A stretch of 64,000 nt of DNA from Felis catus (lineage: Eukaryota). The DNA lies in the NCBI RefSeq assembly GCF_018350175.1, contig NC_058368.1:86244001-86308000 (forward strand), written 5' to 3'. Both the position numbers and the translations under genes were made by a program. The notes under the pieces were generated by a model that was not told the DNA's origin, did no database searches, and was given only the letters and a program-made list of their open reading frames with translations. The stretch's first letter is position 1, and every line of letters starts with the position of its first letter. This document shows positions 37,941 to 52,960 of the stretch, piece after piece.

Positions 37941-40900
37941 ATATCTTCTTAATCTGTCCATCAGTTGATAAATTAATAAACATTTGGGTTTATTCAATTT
38001 TTTGGTTATTGTTAATGATTCTATAAATGTTGAGGTTCATGCATACCTTCAAATTAATATTTTTAAGAGCTCTTTGTAAATATCCAGTAGTGCAATTTCT
38101 GGATCAAGGGTAGTTCTATTTTTAACATTTTGAGGAACCCTCATATTGTTTTCCAGAGTAGCTTGTCCAATTGGCATAACCACCAAAGTGTAAGATAATT
38201 CCTGTTCTCCTCATCCTCAGCAACATCTGTTGCTTCCTGTGTTGTTCATTTTAATCATTCTGACTGGTGTGAGCAGATATCTCATTGTAGTTTTGATTTG
38301 TATTTCCCTGATGTTGAGCTTTTTTTTGTGTATCTCTTGGTCATCTGTTTGTTTTCTTTGAAAAAAAAAGATTTTTCATGTTTTGTGCCATTTTTTAAAG
38401 TGATCATTAATTTCTGAAGTGTTGACTTATGTAGGTTCTTTATATAATTTAGATACTATTTATCAGATGTCATTTGCAAAATCTCCCCCAATTCCACAGG
38501 TTGCCCTTGAGTTTTATTGATTTATTCCTTTACTGTGATTTATATTCAGAAAGACCCAGTAGTTTCTATTTTCTTTTCTTTGTCTTGCCTCAGAGACATT
38601 TCTAGTAAAAAGATGCTATGTTATATGTTAAAGAGGTTACTGCCTGTATTCTTATCTAGGATTTTAAGGTCTCACAGGTCTCACATTTAGGTATTTCATC
38701 CATTTTGAATTTTCTGTTGTGTATAGTGTAAGAACTTGGTCCAGCTTTATTCTTTTACATGTTGTCCAGTTTTCCCAATACCGTTAATTGAAGAGATAGT
38801 TTTTTATCCATTGAATATTCTTTCCTCCTTTACTGAACTTTAGTTGACCATATAGTTGTGGGTTCATTTCTTGGTTATCTATTCTGTTCTATTGATCTGT
38901 CTGGGTTTTTTTTTTTTTGTTTGCTTGTTTTGCTTTTGTTTTGTTTTGTTTTGTTTTGCCAGTACCACACTCTCTTGATCACAATAGTTTTGTAATATAA
39001 CTTGATGGCTGTAATCGTGTTGCCTCCAGGTTTGCTTTTCTTTTTCATGATTGTTTTTCATATTTGGGGTCTTCTGTGGTTCCACACAAATGTTAGCATT
39101 GTTTCTTCTAGCTCTGTGAAAAATGCTGGTGGTATTTTGGTCGGGATTACATTAAATATGTAGATTGCTTTGGATAGTATAGGTATTTTAACAGTATTTG
39201 TTCTTTCTATCCATTAGCGTAGAATGTTTTTCTATTTCTTTGTATCGTTTTCAATTTCTATCATTAACAATTTATATGATTCAGAACAGATCATTTACCT
39301 CTTCGGTTAGGTTCATTCCTAGGTATCTTATGGGTTTTGGTGCATTTATAAATAGGATTGATTCCTCTATTTCTCTTTCTGCTGTTATATTAGAAATGCA
39401 ACAGATCTCTGTACAATGATGGTGTATCCTGTGACTTTACTGGATTCCTGTGTCAGTGCTAAGAATTTTTTGTGGAGTCTTTTGGGATTTCTGTATCATG
39501 TCATCTGAAAATAGTGAAAGTTTCACTTCCTCTTTATTGATTTGAATGCCTTACATTTCTTTGTATTGTCTGATTGTTGAGGCTAGAACTTCTAATATCA
39601 TGTCCAATAACAGTGGTGAGAGTGGATATTCCTGTTTTGTTCCTTACCATAGATGAAACGTTCTCATGAGTTCCCTTTTAGAATAATATTAACTGTGGGT
39701 CTTTCATACATGACTTTTTTTGTTTTTGATATATGTTACCTCTATTCCTACATTGTTGAGGGCTTTTAGTTTTCAATCAAGAATTGACTGTATACTTTGT
39801 TAAATGCTTTTCCTGCATCTATTGAAAGGATCATATATTTCTGAGGGAAATTGAGGTTGTGGATCACATTGATTGATTTGTAAATATTCAAACACCATTG
39901 CAGTCCCATTTGGCCTTGGTTAATGACTATTTGAATGTACGTTTTGATTTGATTTCCTGGTATTTTCTTAAGAATGTTTGTATCTGTAGTCATAAGGGAC
40001 ATTGGTCTGTAATTTTCTGGTTTATAATGTATTCCTGGTCTGATTTTGGTGTCAGGGTAATGCTGATTTCATAGAAAAAATTTGAAAGTTTTCCGGCAAT
40101 TTCCATTTTTTTGGAATAGTTTGAGAAGATTGGTTAAAACTCTTCTTTAAATGTTTTATAGAAATTCCCTGCCAGGTGTCGGGTCCTGGGCTTTGTTTTG
40201 TTGGTAGAATTTTGATTATGGATTTAATTTATTTGATGGTTGTTGGACCAAGTTTGTTGGACCCAAACTTGTTGGGTTCAAGTTTCCTATTTCTTCCTTT
40301 TTTTTTTTTTTTTTTGTTATATGCCTCTGGGGTTTTACCCACTTCTTCCAGGTTGTCCAATTTGCTCTCACATTTTTTTCATAATATTCTGTTATAACTC
40401 TTTGTATATATGTGGTGTTGGTTGTTATTTTTCTTTTTTCATTTGTTTGCATTGTATCGTTTATCTTTTTGATATCAGGTTAGGTGTTAATTATTTTTTT
40501 CTTCATACAAACAAAATTTCCTTGTTTTATTGATCTGTTACACTGTTTTAGTTTATTAGTTTTCTGTTGGTTTCTATATCCTTTATTTCTGTTTTTATCT
40601 TTATTATTTCTTTCCTTTGCTGGCTTTAGATTTTTTTGGTTGTTGTTGTTTTCTAGCTACATCTACGGTAGAGTAACATTATTTTTTATTTGAGATTTAT
40701 CTTGCTTCTTGAGATAGGTAGTGTTCTATACTTCCCTTTGGAACCACTTTTGCTGTGTCTCAAAAGTTGTCAAGCATTGTACTTGCATTTGCATTTTTTC
40801 CATGTATTTTTCTCTTTTGATTTCCTGTTTGATCCATTCATTGTTTAGTACCATGTTCTTTAACCACCATATATTTGTGATCTTTACAATTTAATATTTA

Positions 40901-41611
40901 TTTATTTATTTATTTATCTCATTTTTTTTAATTTTATTTTTAATTTTTTTTAATTTACATCCAAATTAGTTAGCATATATTGAAACAATGATTTCAGGGG
41001 TAGATTCCTTAATCCCCCATACTCACTTATCCCATCCCCCCTCCCACAACCCCTCCAGCAACCCTTGGTTTGTTCTCCATATTTATGAGTCTCCTCTGTT
41101 TTGTCCCCCTCCCTGTTTTTATATCATTTTTTGTTTCCATTTCCTTATGTTCATCTGTTTTGTCTCTTAAAGTCCTCATATGAGTGAAATCATATGATTT
41201 TTGTCTTTCTCTGACTGACTAATTTCACTTAGCATCATACCCTCCAGTTCTATCTATGTAGTTGCAAATGGCAAGATTTCATTCTTTTTGATTGCCAAGT
41301 AATACCCCATTGTATATATACCATATTTTCTTTATCCATTCATCCATCGATGGATATTTGGGCTCTTTCCATACTTTGGCTATTGTTGATAGTGTTGCTA
41401 TAAACATGGGGGTGCATGTGTCCCTTCAAATAGCACACCTGTATCCCATGGATAAATGCCTAGTAGTGGAATTGCTGGGTCATAGGGTAGTTCTATTTTT
41501 AGTTTATTTATTTATTTTTAATCTATTATTTATTTGTTTATTTATTTTTTTGGTTGACTTCAAGTTTCATAACATTAGGGTTAGAAAAAATGCATGGTGT
41601 AATCCCTTTTT

Positions 41612-41655
<44 letters not shown>

Positions 41656-44310
41656 TTATTTTTGTTTTTATTTTTGTTTTTGTTTTTTGTACTGGTTGCA
41701 GCCTCATCTATTCTGGAAAATGTGCCATGTGAACTTCAAAACAATGGTTATTGTGCTACTCTGGGATGAAATGTTCTGAATAAACTTGCTTAGTCCATCT
41801 GGTCCAGTGTGCCATTCAATGTCATTGCTTCCTTATTGATTTTTTTGCCTGGGTAGTTGCCCATTGATGTAAGTGGGATATTAACGTCCCCTACTATTAT
41901 TGTATCATTGCCAATGAGTTCCTGTATGTTTGTTATTGTATTATGTATTTGAGAGCTATTGTCTTGAGGTTATAAATATTTATAATTGTTAGTTCTACTT
42001 CTTGGGTAGGCCACTTCATTATAATATTGTGTCCTTTTTCATCTCTTCTTACAAATTTTACTTTAAAATCTATTCTGTCTGATATGTATATTGCTACTCT
42101 GGCTTTCATTGGCATCCATTTGCATGATAAATGATTCTCTCCGTAATCCTTCACTATCAATCTACAGGTATCATGAGGTCTAAAATGAGTCCCTTAGAAG
42201 TAGCATATAGGCTTATTTATTTTGTCTTTTCTCACACCTTATACCTTTGGATTGCAGCGTTTAGTCCACTTACATTCAGAGTAATTATATAGACATGTAC
42301 TTAGTGTCATTTTATTACTTGTGTTGTTGTCGTGTCTGCAAGTTTTCTCTTTTCTGTTTTTGGTCCTTCTTTTCCACTCAGAGTCCCCTTAAAATTTCAT
42401 TCAAGGCTCATTTAGAGGTCATAAATTCGTTTAGTTTTAGTTTCTTTGGAGTGTCTCTCTCTCCTCTGTTCTATGTGGTAGCGTTGTTGGAAAAGTATTC
42501 TTGGCTGTTGACTTTTTCCCTTTCAGCATTTTGAATATATCATGCCACTCCTTTCTGTCTTGCCATGTTTCTGTGGAGACATCTGAATCTAGCCTTGTGG
42601 GTCTTCCCTTGTAACTTAGGGAACTATTTTCTTGTCACTATGTTTTGCACAATTAACTACAATAGTTTTGGTTTTGGTCTGCTTTTGTTGATTTTGATGG
42701 GAATTCTCTATGCCTCCTGTATTTGGATGTCTTCTTCCTCCCTCAGATTAGGGACGTTTTTCTCTGTTGTTCACTCAAACAAGCGTACTGCCCCCTTTTA
42801 TCTCTCACCTTCTCTTGTGACACAAATTTTACATTTGATGAAGTCACTGAGTTCCCTAAATTTATTCTTATAATCCATAACTTTTCTTCTTTCTTTTGTT
42901 CAGCTTCATTGTTTTCCATTATTTTATCTTCTTTATTATTTAGTCATTCGTCTGCTTCGTCCATCCTTGTCTTCATTTCATCTAGCATGTTTCAAATGTC
43001 AGTTACTGTATTTTTCATTTCTGACTGATTGTGTTTTAACTCCTTATCACGGAGGTAAGGGTGTCCCTGAAGTCTTCCAATCTTTTTTCAAGCCTGGTGG
43101 GAATTCTATGACAGTTGCTTTAAATTCTCCATCAGGCATATTACTTGTATATGTTTTACTTACATGTCTACTTTGACCTTATGTTGTGTTTCATTTCAGA
43201 TGATTCTTCAGTCCTGGAATTTTCTCTAAATCTGTCTTCTTCTCTGTGTTAGGAAAGCCTGTTAAGTTTCCTGGTCCTGAGAGTAGTTGCTTTATGAAGA
43301 AGAGGTCATATAGTGTGTAGGCCTGATGCTTCAGGGAGTGACTCTGGTGTGTCCTCTGTACATTCTGCTACTATGTTTGGCTGCACAGTCCTTCAGGCTA
43401 GTCATCTTCAGAAGTTGACCTTGCCTGCTATAGGCAGGGCTTGGATTTTGGCCAGAGTGTGGCAAATATAAACTAGGTGTGCTCTGTTCTACTTATTAAA
43501 TGAGAGCTGATGCTAATTCCACTAGAACTGAAGGCTTCCAGAACACTGTGGTTGGGAGATATGGTCGGGCAGCATTTCTACCTGTCTTCTGAAAAAATAG
43601 CCTGCCTTGCTGGGACTGAGGCACACTTGACCTCAGTCAAGTGGGAAGGGAGGGAAATAGTGGCAAATCACTTGGATGTGGACTTGGTGTAAGCAGGCTA
43701 GGCAGCCAGTGTCAGCAATGTGTGTCCACTAAAGGTTGTTCTATGTTTATACTGAAGGGCAGGGGTTACAGATGTCACCAACCAAATCCTTTGTCTCCAG
43801 TGAAGGGTCTCTCTGTCTGCTGCTCTCAGAGAAGTCCTCACAATAGAGTGAATAATCTTGCTTCTCTTTCCCTGGTACTTTCAGATGTTCATATTCATAT
43901 TGTCAGCCTCTGGTTGTTTGCCTGCCTTCTAGACAAGAGCATTGAAGTGCCTTCTGAGGTCCATTCCAACCAAGGATACTGACTTTGAAAACTCTAGCCT
44001 TTAAGGACATGGTTTGGGCAGGGCTCTGAACTTGTCTTCTGTTGGTGGGTCTCACCTCACTGGACTCATGCAGATTTCACAGGGAAGGGCAACCACAGAC
44101 TAGGCAGCCCATGTCAGAGCTGAACTGCCCTTGGCAGAGGGCTTTTTGCCTATTATGAAGGGCATGGGAGGGAAGTGGCACATTCTGACACTTTTGTCCA
44201 TTTAGAGGGGTCCCCCTCTCACTGAAATATTCCAAGAAGAGCAAAATGCCCCAGTCATTCCTCCAATTAAGCCACATGTCCTTGGCGTCTTTGTCTCCAT
44301 TCTCTCCAGG
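37506..44310 (-). mobile_element. Large decayed LINE-1 (3'UTR, ORF2, ORF1, partial 5'UTR)
   Basis: 3' end tttccaagttttatttaaat; ORF2 remnants (ORF track 38879, 39766, 40216, 41933); ORF1 ~42390-43140; 5'UTR-like sequence to ~44310. Confidence 0.88.
40895..41500 (-). mobile_element. 5'-truncated younger L1 3' end nested in L1
   Basis: taatttacatccaaattagttagcatata tail, the same as at 14170-14200, followed by 3'UTR and ORF2 C-terminus. Confidence 0.85.
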
Positions 44311-45529
44311 AGTCCATTTCTTCCAGATTGCCCATTTTATTGGCATATAATTGCTCATAAAATTCTCTTATTATTGTTTTTATTTCTGCTGTGTTAGGAG
44401 TGATCTCTCCCTTTCATTCTTCATTTTATTTATTTTGGTCCTTTTCCTTTTCCTTTTTGATCAAACTGGCTAGTGGTTTTTCAATTTTGTTAAATCTTTC
44501 AAAGAACCAGCTTCTGGTTTCATTGATCAGTTCGACTGTTTTGTTTTGTTTTTGTTTGTTTGTTTGGTTGGTTGGTTTTGATAGCATTAATTTCTGCTCT
44601 CATCTTTCTGTTTCCTGTCTTTTTCTGGTTTTGGGTTTTATTTGCTGTTCTTTTTCTAGCTCTTTAAGGCATAAGGTTAGGTTGTGTATCTGAGATCTTT
44701 CTTCCTTCTTTAGGAAGGCCTGAATTGCTATATAATTTCCTCTTATGATCGCCTTTGCTGTGTCCCAGGTTTTGGGTTGTGGTATTATCAGTTTCATTGG
44801 CTTCCATATACTTTTTAATTTACTCATTAACTTTTTGGTTGGCCCATTCATTGTTCAGTAGGATGTTCTTCAGTCCCAAAGTATTTGTTACCTTTCCAAA
44901 TTTTTTCTTGTGGTTGATTTCAAGTTTCATAGTGTTGTGTTTGAAAATATGCACGGTATGATCTCCATCTTTTTGTACTTGCTGAGGGCTCATTTGTGTC
45001 CCAGTATGTGGTCTAGTCTGGAGAATGTTCCATGTGCACTGGAGAAGAATGTATATTTGTCTGCTTTAGGATGAAATGTTCTGAATATATCTGTTAAGTC
45101 CATTTGGTTCAATGTGTCTTTCAAAACCATTGTTTCCTTGTTGATTTTTTTGATTAGATGATCTATCCATTTTTGTGAGTGGGATGTTGAAGTCTCCTAC
45201 TATTATGGTATTACTATCAATGAGTTTTTTTATGTTTGTGATTAATTGATTTATATATTTGGGTGCCACCATATTTGGCATGTAAATGTTTACAATTGTT
45301 AGGTATTCTTGGTGGATAGACCCCTTAATTATGATATAATGCCCTTCTTCATCTCTTGATACAGTCTTTATTTTAAAGTCTAGATTGTCTGATATAAGTA
45401 TGGCTTCTCTGGCTTTCTTTTGTTGAGCATTAGCATCATAGATGGTTTTCCATCCCTTACTTTCAATCTGAAGGTGTCTTTAGGTCTAAAGTGGGTCTCT
45501 TATAAACAGCATATAGATGGATCTTTTCT

Positions 45530-45720
45530 TTTTTTAATTTTTTATGTTTATTTATTTTTGATAGAGACAGAGCACAAGTGGGGGAGGGGCAGAGGGAGAC
45601 ACAGAATCCAAAGCAGGCTCCAGTCTCTGAGCTGTCAGCACAGAGCCTGATCCAGGGCTCAAACTCACAAACCCTGAGCTGAAGTCAGACGTTTAACCGA
45701 CTGAGCCACCCGCGTGCCCC
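45530..45720 (-). mobile_element. Can-SINE in L1
   Basis: Reverse body; atggatctt TSD. Confidence 0.93.
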
Positions 45721-46491
45721 AATGGATCTTGTTTTCTTATCAATTCTGTTATACTATGTCTTTGAATTGGATCATTGAGTCCATTGACATTTAGACTAAA
45801 TGTCATTTAGTACATTAGTACTAAAAGATACAAATTTATTGCTATTATGTTGCTTGTAGAGTTGGGGTTTCTGTTGCTGTTCTCTTGTCCTTTCTAATCT
45901 TTGTTGCTTTTGATTGTATGTATGCATGTATGAATATATGCGTGTGTTTATGTATGTATTTATTTATTTATTCATTTATATTTTCATCTCTTCTCCCCTT
46001 GAGAGTCTCCCTTAAAGTTACTTGCAGTGCTGGTTTAGTGGTCAAAAACTCCTTTCATTTTTGTCTGGGAAACTTTTTATCCCCCTTCTATTTTGAATGA
46101 CAGCCTTGCTGGATGAAGAATTCTTGGCTGCATATTTTTCTGATTCACCACATTGAATATATCCTGCCACTCCCTTCTGGTCTGCCAAGTTTCTGTGCAT
46201 ACATCTGCTGCAAACCTGTTCTGGCTTCCCTTGTAGGTTAAGGGATTTTTTTTCCCTTGCTGCTTTCATGATTCTCTCCTTGCCTGAGTATTTTGTGAAA
46301 TTGACTATGATATGTCTTCTTGATGTTTGGTTTTTCTTAAGTTTAATGGGAGCCATCTGTGCTTCCTGTAATTTGATATCTGTGTCTTTTCCCAGGTATA
46401 GGAATGTTTTCTGCTATAATTTGCTCACATAACCCTTCAACCCCTATTTCTCTTTCTTCCTCTTCTGGGACCCCTATGATTCTGATGTTCA

Positions 46492-46701
46492 TTTTTTTTT
46501 CAACGTTTTTATTTATTTTTGAGACAGAGACAGAGCATGAACGGGGGAGGGGCAGAGAGAGAGGGAGACACAGAATCGGAAACAGGCTCCAGGCTCCAAG
46601 CCATCAGCCCAGAGCCTGATGCGGGGCTCGAACTCCCGGACCGTGAGATCGTGACCTGGCTGAAGTCGGATGCTTAACCGACTGAGCCACCCAGGCGCCC
46701 C
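46492..46701 (-). mobile_element. Young Can-SINE in L1
   Basis: CpG-rich body, very similar to 27921-28146. Confidence 0.96.
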
Positions 46702-49012
46702 TGATGTTGTTCATTTTTAATGAGTCACTGATCTCTCTAATTCTTAAATCATGCTCTTTTGCCTTAATCCCCGTCTTTTTTTTTCTACTTCATTATTCTC
46801 CATAAATTTGCCCTCTATATCGATGATTCTCTGTTCTCCCTCATCCATCCTTGCTGTCCTGGCATCTATTCAAGATTGCAGCTGAGTTATAGCATTTTTT
46901 GTTTTATCCTAACTAGTTTTTTTCTTCTTTTATCTCCACAGAAAGGGATTCTAATCTATTTTCAACTCCAGCTAGTATTCTTATTATCGTGATTCTAAAT
47001 TCCTGTTCAGACATCTTGCTTGTATCTGGCTTGTATCTCAAGTCCCTGGCTCTCATTTCTTCCTGCTCTTTCTTTTTGTTTGAATCCCTTCGTTTCATCA
47101 TTTTGAAGGAAGAAAAGAATTTGTGAGGTAGAAAAATTTGAAATAAAAAAATTAAAATAAAAAAATATTAAAATTAAAAAATTAAACACACACACACACT
47201 CACACACAAAATTGCATAAGTGATCCTAGAATCTAGGTGTGTTTTGGTCTGGGTGTTGAAAGTGTCTAGATAGATTAAAGAAAAAAGGGAGAAACAAAAG
47301 GAAATTGTTTGAAAAAATGAATACATTGAAATAGACTAAAATGAAATGATGGAAGTAATATAGAACTTGAAAAAAATTTACACAAAAGTAAAAATTTAGT
47401 AGAAAAAATTTAAGAAAAATACTTTTATAAAAATTGAAAATAAAAATGTTTTCTTTCTCTATTCAAGAAAAAGAAAAGAAACAAAAAAGAAAAAAGAAAA
47501 TAGAAGAAAAAAAGGAAATCGTTTGAAAATTTGAAAAAATGAATACACTGAAGTAGAACAAAATGAAATGGTAGAAGGAAAATAGAATTTGAAAAAATTC
47601 ACACAAAGCTAAAAATATAGCAAAAAATAAAGAAAAGTATTTTTAATAAAAATTGAAAATAAAAATGAATTTTCCCCTTTCTGCATTCAAGAAAAAGAAA
47701 TGAAAAAGAGAAAAAAAAGGAAAGAAAATTGAATAGATGGACCTGCTAACAGACTGAAATACGACTGAAATTGCTTCTTTTCCCCTAGAAGTCAAACTAT
47801 GAATCATTTTATAGTCCATAAATTAAGCAGGTGGTGAAACTTGTGTTCTTGAAGAGTGAGGTTGGCTCAATTGGCTGGAGTTTATTGTAGTAGCACTGTT
47901 CTCCACTAGATGGCGCTGCTAGCTTACTGGGTCGATTGTTGTGGCGCTTGTAGGTGTGTGTGTATGTGCATGTGCAGGAGCTGTGAAAATGGCCTGACCC
48001 ACTGCCCAGTCTCTAGTATCAGAACTCTGTTCTCCCTGATCAGCAATCGCACACCCGTGCTTTGTCTTCAGCTTTTGTCCACTCCCCGCTTTTACACTGT
48101 CCATGACCAAGTCCCAGGTAGTACCTTCTGCTGAGTTTTGTCTCAGAGGTGGCTGTTTTTCCTGACCCCTTACTTCTGAGGGACTGTGGTTTTGACCCAT
48201 TCCTCTCCTCTGTGGAGGGTCTTACTCAGCAATGGCCAGGTGCTGGCCACACCCAGGAACATTCACAGGACCATGCTGCTGCCGATGCCCAGAGACTGTG
48301 GCCAGGTGGCATCTCGCCCCAGAAAAAGTTCGCAAGATAGTGTAGCAGTAGCATTTCAGTGATTATGGAAAATCACAACACACATCTGGTCCAGGCTTCA
48401 TCCTTAATGATTTTGTTCCAGCACAGGCCAATGTGGCCGTTCTCTGGGGTCTGCTGGGACCCAGTGGCCTCACAGCCTCTACCAAATGTCCTTCCAGTAG
48501 TGGAACTGCTTCTACCTGTGTGGCCCACGAACTTCCCAGACACCATTCTGCTCCTGGGAATTTGCTCTTCCCACCAGAGCACTGCCACATATTGAGCTGC
48601 TGAGTTTCAGACTCCATGCTCCCCCTGTTTATAGTCTTAATGGAATTTAAACCCTCTCCTTTCTCCTTTCTTCTTTCTCCCTTTTTAGTTCAGTCCCTGT
48701 GGCTGTTTCCAATTTTCCACTTTTTCTCCAGCTGATTTTGAGGAGGGGTGCTTTTCTCCCCACACCCCCATCTCTGTCTTCTTTCCACAGGCAAGAGTGG
48801 CTCCCTGTCCTCTGTGGCTTCTTTCTCCCCAATTTCACCACTCCACACCATGTCCCTGCTGAATTCTGTCTTTCAGGTTTGCAGATTGTTGTGTTCATCC
48901 TCAGATCAGTTTTGTAGCTATGCAGGATGATTTAGTGTTCGTCTGCCTATATTTCATGGATGCAAGAAACACAAAAAACCTCCATGCTGTTTCGCCATCT
49001 TGGCTTCTCCCC

Positions 49013-51315
49013 AAATTGATCCACCACATTAATAAAAGAAAGGATTTCAACCATATGATACTTTCAATAGATGAAGAAAAAGCATTTGACAAAGTACAAC
49101 ATCCATTCTTGATTTAAAAGGTAAAATTCAATAAAGTAAGAATAGAGGGACCAAAGCTCAACATGATAAAAGCCATATATGAAAAACTACAGCTAATATC
49201 ATCTTCAGTGGGTAAATGCTGAGAACTTTTCCTCTATACTCAGGAACCAGACACAGATGTCCACTCTTACCCCCTTTTTAAAAAATAGTATTGGAATTCC
49301 TAGCCATGGCAATCAGACAACACAAAGAAATGCAAGGCATCCAAATAATCAAGGAAGAATTAAAACTTTCACTGTTTGTATATGAAATGTTACTGTATAG
49401 GGAAAACTCAAATCCTCCATCAAAAAAAATGTTGGAAATAATAGATAAATTCAGTAAAGTCACACCATAAGTCATCAATGTTCAGAAATCTGTTGCAATG
49501 TATATACCAATAATGATACAGCAGAATGAAAAATCAACAAATCAGTCTCATTTACAATTGTACCAGAAACCTTTAAATATCTAGGGAAAACCTTTCCAAA
49601 GATGTAAAAGATCAGTACTCTAATAACTATGAAACACTGATGACTGAAACTGAAGATGACACAAAGAAATGGAAAAAATATCACATGCTCATGGTTTGGA
49701 AGAACAAATATTACTAAAAGGTGTATACTACCCAAAGAAATCTATACATTTAATGCAATCACTACCAAAATACCACCAGCGTTTTTCACAGAGATATAAC
49801 AAACATTCTTAAAGTTGGTATGAGACCAGAAAACACCCCAAATAGACAAAACAATCTTGAAAAAGAAAAGCAAATCTAGCGGCCACACTATTTCAGACTT
49901 CAAGTTATATTACAAAGTGGTAGTGATGGAGACTGTCTGGTACTCACACAAAAATAGAAACATAAGTCAATGGAACAGAATTTAAAAAAAATGGAACCAC
50001 AAATATATGGGCAACTGATCTTTGACAAAACAGGAAAGAATATCCAATGGGGGGAGGGCAGCCTTTTCAGCAAATGATATTGGGGAAACTGGACAGAAAC
50101 ATGCATAAGAAAGAAACAAGATTACTTTCTTTTACCATACATCAAAATAAATACAAACTGGAATAAAAACCTAAATTTATGAGACAGGAAACTGTTAAAA
50201 TCCGAGAAGATAATACAGTCAGTAACCTTTTGGATATCATCTTTAGCCACTTCTTACTAGCTATGTCTCCTGAGGCAAGGGGATACAAAAGCAAAAATAA
50301 ACCATAGGGATTTCATCAAAAGAAAAATATTCTGCACAGCAGAGACAATCAGCACAACTAAAACGCAACCTATGGAATGGGAGAAGATATTGGCAAAAGA
50401 CATGTCTGATAAAGGGTTTATATCCCAAAAATATAACTTCTAAAACTCAAAACCCCAAAACCTAAAAATATAATTAAAAGATGAGAAGACATGAACATTT
50501 TCCCAAAGAAGACACACCAATGGACAAGAGAAATGAAAGATGCTTAACATCACTGATCATCAGGAAAATACAATAAAAACTACAATAATATATCACGTCA
50601 CACTGTCAGAGTGACTAAAGTCAACAACACAAGAAACGGGAGTTGTTGGCAAGGATGTAGAGAAAGGGGAACCCTCTTACAGTGTTTTTGGGAATGTAAA
50701 TTGGTTCAGCTACTCTGGAAAACAGTATGGAGTTTCCTCATTATGTTAAAAATACAGCTGCACTATCATCCAGCAACTGTACTTCTAGGTGTTTACACAA
50801 CAATACAAAAATACTTATTCGCAGGTATATATGTGCTCCAATGTTTATAGTAGCATTACCTACAATAGCCAAATTATAGAAATATTCCAAATGTCCATCG
50901 ATTTATGAATGGATTGGAAGTGACATGTATACATACACAATACAATATTACAGAACGATAAAAAATAAATCTTGCCATATGTGAAACATAGGTAGAGCTA
51001 GAGAGTATAATGCTGAGCAAAAGAAGTCAATCAGAGAAAGACAAATGCCATATGATTTCACTCATATGTGGAATTTAAGAAACAAATTAAATGAAAAAAT
51101 TGATACAGCAAAGAAATAGACTCTGAAGTATAGAGAACTGATGATTACCAAAGTGGAGATGTGGGTTAGATCATTGAAACAGGTGATGGAGATTAAGGAG
51201 TACACTTGGTATGATTAGCTTTGGAAAATGTATAGAACTGAAAAATCACTATATTGTATGCCTGAAAATAATATAATACTCTATGTTAACTACATTGGAA
51301 TTTAAAATAACTAAT
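49013..51315 (+). mobile_element. 3' half of a LINE-1 (RT to 3'UTR)
   Basis: Begins [30 protein letters not shown]; runs to an L1 3'UTR and A-rich tail. Confidence 0.9.
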
Positions 51316-51389
51316 AATAATCATAATGGTGATGATGATAATTATTTTTTATATTTATATTATAATTTATAATCATAATTATTATTATC

Positions 51390-51695
51390 ATAAAAGAGGT
51401 AAAACACATGAGAACATTTTTCTGAGAGAAATAATTCAGGTAGAAGAGGAAAATACTGTGTGTTCCCACTTTTATTATGTAGTTAGAATTGGCAAATTAA
51501 TTGATACAAAAAATTGTTAGCCGAATTGTAGGATGAAAAGCTTCAGTTTGGGATGGTGAAAATATTCTATAAAGGCATCATAACCATGATTGAACAAAAA
51601 TGTGAATGTACTTAATTTCACTGAATTGTACAGTCAAAAATGGTTAAAATTGTCAATTTTGTGTTTTATATATTTTATCACCAAAAAAAAGTTAT
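51390..51695 (+). mobile_element. Ancient L1 (L1M-type) 3' end fragment
   Basis: cagtttgggatggtgaaaa...atggttaaaattgtcaattttgtgttttatatattttatcac plus A tail. Confidence 0.6.
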
Positions 51696-52089
51696 AAAAA
51701 AACTCTAAACTAATTGGAGGTACTCCTTCTCAAGTAAACATATCACTGGTGAAAGTACTGAAAATCACAGGAAATCTAAGAACAATTAAAGGCTTATCTG
51801 CAATAAAAAATGAATTATTGAATGTTATGTAAATAGTAGCCTATCAAAACAGTAGTATGCCATTTTATTTCCTATTAAAATGCAAAATATATTTTATTAC
51901 TTAATAGTAATTTCTAATTAAAATGAAAAACTCAAAAATAAGTATCATTCCTAATTATTATGGGATAATATAAGAATTTCTACTTATGTGTTTATACTAT
52001 ATTCATCATATTCTATTATAGTGTATAAAATTTTCTAGCCAATATCCTTCAAAGTGGCAAAGAAATTAATATATTTACAGATAATTTAA

Positions 52090-52303
52090 AAAAATTAGTG
52101 TTTATTTATTTTTGAGACAGAGAGAGAGAGAGAGAGAATGAGCAGAGGAGGGGCAGAGAAAGAGAGGGAGACACAGAATCCAACACAGGCTCCAGGTTCT
52201 GAGCTGTCAGCACAGAGCCCTACCCTGGGATCGACTCAGGAGCTGTGAGATCATGACCTGAGCTGAAGTTGGATGCTTAACCAACTGAGCCACCCAGGTG
52301 GCC
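52090..52303 (-). mobile_element. Can-SINE
   Basis: Reverse SINE body with (GA)n. Confidence 0.92.
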
Positions 52304-52960
52304 TTTTTACAGACTATTCTTATGCAATTACTGAATAACAATATATAAAATATATGGTTCCATATATGTTTAGAGATATAATAATATTGGAAGAATATGA
52401 AAAATATACTTTGATTCCCCACTAAATTGACCCCTAATACATATCAGAAAACTTGTAAATAAATGATAAGAACTCATTTCCAATCTTGGCCTGAAGCCAT
52501 CTTCAGCTATTAGTGACTTAACCTATATTATTTAAGTCTTATTGGACTTTCCCAAGTTAACACACATACACAAGAGAAGTCTTATCTTTAATGTCTAGGT
52601 AAAGAAGCACGACAATCATGGTTGTTCCTGAGTCTTTATGAAATTATCTAAAATGACAAGTGCTGAGATAGGTGACGAGTATATACATTTGTTTGAAAAT
52701 TATTCATAGGGGTCTGCTTAGAAAAATAACTGTTCATATGACCACTGTCAGTTATTCAATCTAGTGATGTTGTAAAACTGGAAGATAACAGAAGGCTCAT
52801 GTCCTAACTGTACATTTATTTTAATTTATCACATAAGAGTTGAGACTCTTCACCTAGTGCTTGAAAGAATTTCATTACAATTATTTAAGAAATCTTATTT
52901 ATAAACAATTAAAAAAAACCAATTGCTATATTAAGGCATCTCACCAGCCAGGTTATTTTA

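Larger units (their letters stand above)
44311..49012 (-). mobile_element. 5' half of a LINE-1 (5'UTR, ORF1, EN/linker of ORF2)
   Basis: Starts ggggagaagccaagatggcg at 49012; A-rich internal tandem units 47150-47720; ORF1 remnants (46913-47101, 46042-46356); ORF2 stops at ...NLEEMD near 44311. Confidence 0.9.
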
